Shown here piece by piece: positions 60,067 to 64,000 of a stretch of DNA of 64,000 bases (position 1 is its first letter; every line of letters begins with the position of its first letter). The stretch comes from Candidatus Freyarchaeum deiterrae (GTDB lineage Archaea > Asgardarchaeota > Jordiarchaeia > Jordiarchaeales > Jordiarchaeaceae): contig CP147778.1 in the NCBI GenBank assembly GCA_037305845.1, positions 2,528,001-2,592,000 on the forward strand. Direction: 5' to 3'. Both the position numbers and the translations under genes were made by a program. Under the pieces are notes generated by a model, which did no database searches, was not told the origin of the DNA, and was given only the letters and a program-made list of their open reading frames with translations.

Positions 60067-60082
60067 ATGTTACATGTAACAT
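60067..60082. promoter_or_regulatory. Perfect palindrome ATGTTACATGTAACAT, likely TA autoregulatory operator
   Basis: 16-bp palindrome between the TATA-like element and the antitoxin start. Confidence 0.55.
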
Positions 60083-60204
60083 GTATACATTGTTATATAT
60101 AAATACGCTGGTTCAAAGAAACCAGAAACTGCAATCTTTTGATCAAGTCAAAATCGCCTAAAACTTATTTAGCTCACGATGAGAAGAAAGTGTGACGAAG
60201 AACG

Positions 60205-60417
60205 ATGGATAAGGATAGCCTTATACAGAAGGTTAGATCGTTGCCTGAAGACAGTCTCAGAGAAGTTATGGATTTCATAGAGCATCTAGAAGAAAAGAAG
60301 AAGAGGGAAACTGAGAAGAAGAAAAAAGAGAAGAAAGACCTCTTAGAAGACGTAATAGGAATTTGTGAAGGCCCCTCTGACTTGGCGGAAAGGCACGATA
60401 AGTATGTCTATGGCTAA
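60205..60417 (+). CDS. Antitoxin, near-identical duplicate of 55230-55439
   Basis: MDKDSLIQKVRSLPEDSLREVMDFIEHL..DLAERHDKYVYG. Confidence 0.85.
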   Translation: MDKDSLIQKVRSLPEDSLREVMDFIEHLEEKKKRETEKKKKEKKDLLEDVIGICEGPSDLAERHDKYVYG

Positions 60418-60460
60418 ACTAGTTTTCGTGGATACATGGGGTTTGTTGGCTTTATTTTTA
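60410..60460 (+). pseudogene. Truncated VapC (16 codons)
   Basis: MAKLVFVDTWGLLALF* matches the start of 55432-55863, then diverges. Confidence 0.75.
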
Positions 60461-60563
60461 AACCATTTGTTATGGTGCTTAAGGGTTTTTAAAAAAAGAT
60501 TTATACTTAAAGTTCATAAATTAGAGTGATATTATAGAGAATTTTTGGCTAATAACGTTATGG

Positions 60564-60788
60564 ATGGTGAAAGTTTTGGATAAAGCTGACAAATCTATTG
60601 AAGCTGTGTACGAGGAGGGAGTGTTTAAACCCGTGGAGAGAATCGACCTTCCAGAAGGAATTAGAGTCAGGATAGTTGTAAAACCGAGCATTAACGCGTT
60701 AATGAAAGACTTGGAGAATGTTGAAGTAAAGGAAGATTCAGAAGAAGCCCTTAAGGAAGCGCGAGGAAGGAAAAAATACAATGAGTAA
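60564..60788 (+). CDS. AF2212/DUF104-family antitoxin
   Basis: IEAVYEEGVFKPVERIDLPEG. Confidence 0.9.
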   Translation: MVKVLDKADKSIEAVYEEGVFKPVERIDLPEGIRVRIVVKPSINALMKDLENVEVKEDSEEALKEARGRKKYNE

Positions 60789-61263
60789 ACGCTTTGTACT
60801 TGACACTACAGTTATTGTTAAGGGCCTCTTAAAACCTTACCAAAGACTTCCAGCCGAGATTTATGACAGGGAGCTTGAAACTCATCATAAGTGCAAGTTC
60901 ATTCTTGATAGATTCGAGAAAGAAGCCTTTGAGATTTATATTCCTCTAGTGTGTGTCGTAGAAGTTGCAGCAGTTTTCAAAAGGCTTACTGGTAAAGAAG
61001 AATTAGCACTTAGTGTATCATCGAAAATACGGGAAATTTATTTCATGGTCAGTGAGGAAAAATTTTTTGATGAAGCATGGAAAACCGCAGCCAAAACAGG
61101 TTCCTCAGGCTTTGACTCCTACTTTTTAGCATTAGCAAAAATTATGGATGCAACACTAATTACCGACGATGAAAACATGTCAGAAAAAGGGTCAATTACA
61201 AATACAAAGACAATACTCGTAAGAAAAACAAGCCTAAAGAAGTTAGAAGAACAATTAAAGTAG
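60781..61263 (+). CDS. vapC: PIN-domain VapC toxin
   Basis: FVLDTTV, VEV, FDSYFLALA, LITDD. Confidence 0.88.
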   Translation: MSKRFVLDTTVIVKGLLKPYQRLPAEIYDRELETHHKCKFILDRFEKEAFEIYIPLVCVVEVAAVFKRLTGKEELALSVSSKIREIYFMVSEEKFFDEAWKTAAKTGSSGFDSYFLALAKIMDATLITDDENMSEKGSITNTKTILVRKTSLKKLEEQLK

Positions 61264-61264
61264 T

Positions 61265-61560
61265 AAATAGGCGACTGACAAAGAAACGTTTTAATCATAA
61301 ATCAAAAAAACACCAAAAAGTTTCAAACTAAAAAAAGCGATTTTGAATATAAAAAAGCAACTCCACACATCGTAGAGCCAAAAGGAAACTAAATAAAAAG
61401 AGAGTATCCCCTGTACGAAAAATATTACGAGATAACAACAGTCACAGAGAAATATTTATGCTTCGTAGTTAAGGTATTAGTCGATGACCTGTTTATTATA
61501 ACTGCGTATTTTACAGACACCGTAAAGAAAGGTGAAATACTATTATGGGAAAGGAGATAA
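61265..61560 (+). pseudogene. Decayed DUF4258/RelE-like toxin
   Basis: Intact 3' end (KYLCFVVKVLVDDLFIITAYFTDTVKKGEILLWERR*) overlapping a DUF2283 gene; 5' part disrupted. Confidence 0.6.
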
Positions 61561-61823
61561 AAATCTGGTACGACAAGAAGGGAGACAACTTAGAAGTCAT
61601 ATTCGAACGAAAAGAGGGATACTTCAGAGAAACAGAAAACGAAGCAGTAATGGAAAAAGTCGACAATGAAGGAAAGACAATCGGCTTCTCCATCCTGAAC
61701 GTGAGCGTACTCAAAGACAAACCACTCTCATTAAGCCTCAAAGAACATCAACACCCCCCACAACAAAGAGAACCTAATCAACTCTACCTGCCGTCAAAAG
61801 CAGCAGTTTCATTTTGCACTTGA
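61545..61823 (+). CDS. DUF2283-family antitoxin
   Basis: IWYDKKGDNLEVIF..KVDNEGKTIGFSILN. Confidence 0.8.
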   Translation: MGKEIKIWYDKKGDNLEVIFERKEGYFRETENEAVMEKVDNEGKTIGFSILNVSVLKDKPLSLSLKEHQHPPQQREPNQLYLPSKAAVSFCT

Positions 61824-62070
61824 ATTCAGCTCCCTACATTTGATGGACCCGAAGAACCTGTTCCAACACGAGATAATCATAAAAATTCAGGAAATATAAA
61901 GGCGTTATTTCAACAGATAATAGGCGCCCTTTTTGAAACCCTAGGAACGAAAACTTGAATTGGTGCAAAACAATCGGCGGAAATTAAGTAATCTTTATAT
62001 AACTATAGAGATAAAGCTTGAAAAGAGGGTTTATAAAGCGTATGTAAAGAAGTTTGAGGAGAGAGAATGA

Positions 62071-62604
62071 ATGAATGTTTCCAAAGACAGCAAGGTTTAT
62101 CTCTTCGTATTTACAGGGATGACCCCGCTGAATTCGGATCTTCAACAAGCTTTGGAGCAATGGAGTAAGGAAGCAGAAGGCAACTTATTTGTTGGAATCT
62201 GGCCCAAGTCTGATACAGATTACCAGAAAGTTGTTTCCCAATTCTCAATTGATAAAAGCCCAACGATATTGATTACAGCCAAGCCGGAACTTGCTCTTAT
62301 GGATGATCTGACAGAAGAAAACGTATGGGTCAAAATCGACAATGAAAAAATCTTGCACAATAAAAATTATATTGAACAAGCAAAAAAAATTTTAGAACAC
62401 GTCTATTATCTTTTCCTCAGTGGTAAAATTAAGGAAGCTGTAAAAAGTGTTAAAAAATCTTCTGACAAAGCAAAAGTAATAACGGCCATTTATGGTCTCA
62501 AGGATACTTTGGGCGGTACTGTGGGGAAATGGCTTAATGATCACAATTTAAAGGTGGCGTGGGGTTCATTTAAATTAGATATCGAACATAGCAAAAATGT
62601 TTAA
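62071..62604 (+). CDS. Hypothetical protein (possibly thioredoxin-like fold, no CxxC)
   Basis: 177 aa; FSIDKSPTILIT motif; TATA and SD upstream. Confidence 0.7.
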   Translation: MNVSKDSKVYLFVFTGMTPLNSDLQQALEQWSKEAEGNLFVGIWPKSDTDYQKVVSQFSIDKSPTILITAKPELALMDDLTEENVWVKIDNEKILHNKNYIEQAKKILEHVYYLFLSGKIKEAVKSVKKSSDKAKVITAIYGLKDTLGGTVGKWLNDHNLKVAWGSFKLDIEHSKNV

Positions 62605-62757
62605 CAAGAGTGTATGTCATACTTTTGGCTTTTCGTTCTTTTGCTCAATGGCATCAAGGTATTCTCTTAGCACTTTCATGCTTGTAACCTTTTTTAGAGC
62701 ATGAATTTTTTTAAAAATAAAAAAATAAGTAGATTTTGGAATTCTTGAATGGCTTAC

Positions 62758-62946
62758 TTACTGTTTCTTTCTCAAGTAGTATACTAGACCCAATGCGACG
62801 CCTACAACTGCTATAGCCGCCAAAGCGATTAGGCCTACTGGGGAGCTACCTGATCCCAGTCCAGCAAGTGCAAGGGGTAACGCTGAAGAGCCTGCTCCAG
62901 AACTCTGATTGATTACTCCTATCGCTAAGGGAGACAGAATTGGTGA
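62758..62946 (-). pseudogene. Orphan 3' end of a surface-protein gene (linker, TM anchor, basic tail)
   Basis: ..SSGAGSSALPLALAGLGSGSSPVGLIALAAIAVVGVALGLVYYLRKKQ* with no start codon. Confidence 0.6.
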
Positions 62947-62987
62947 AAAGCTTAAAAATATAAGACATTAAAATAGTCAAAACGGGG

Positions 62988-63935
<948 letters not shown>

Positions 63936-64000
63936 CCCCCCCACAAATTCCCAACCAATACACAAGCAACTCCTCATTCATAGTGAAACTTAGTTCCCTG

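Overview
Archaeal chromosomal DNA. Topo IB, HdrA-MvhD, Mer, MetVF, Rpo12, a SNAP-like protein and TATA promoters point to an anaerobic TACK/Asgard-type lineage such as Freyarchaeia/Jordarchaeia or Bathyarchaeia (inferred, not proven). (1) 1-15.4 kb is an apparently co-regulated, uncharacterised membrane/DNA-transaction locus. It holds a divergent full-length RadA paralog, two paralogous surface proteins (one a pseudo-M28 peptidase, one with a non-canonical start), several membrane proteins and a VirB4/HerA-like protein split by a textbook -1 ribosomal frameshift signal. A TRTGTAA-N15-TTACAYA operator occurs three times. (2) 15.5-30 kb carries C1/electron-transfer genes (polyferredoxin, hdrA-mvhD, mer, metV, metF, a degenerate metF) and a 1247-bp non-autonomous transposon (25-bp TIRs, 8-bp TSD) carrying a vapBC pair. 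(3) 30-51 kb is housekeeping and metabolic genes. (4) hypD is interrupted inside its CGTH motif by a 28-nt canonical bulge-helix-bulge intron, a candidate archaeal mRNA intron. (5) 51-64 kb is a toxin-antitoxin-rich region with many orphan antitoxins, a stand-alone rpo12 and a (CAA)103 tract. No rRNA, tRNA or CRISPR array was recognised. All calls are from motif reading by eye; no database searches were run.
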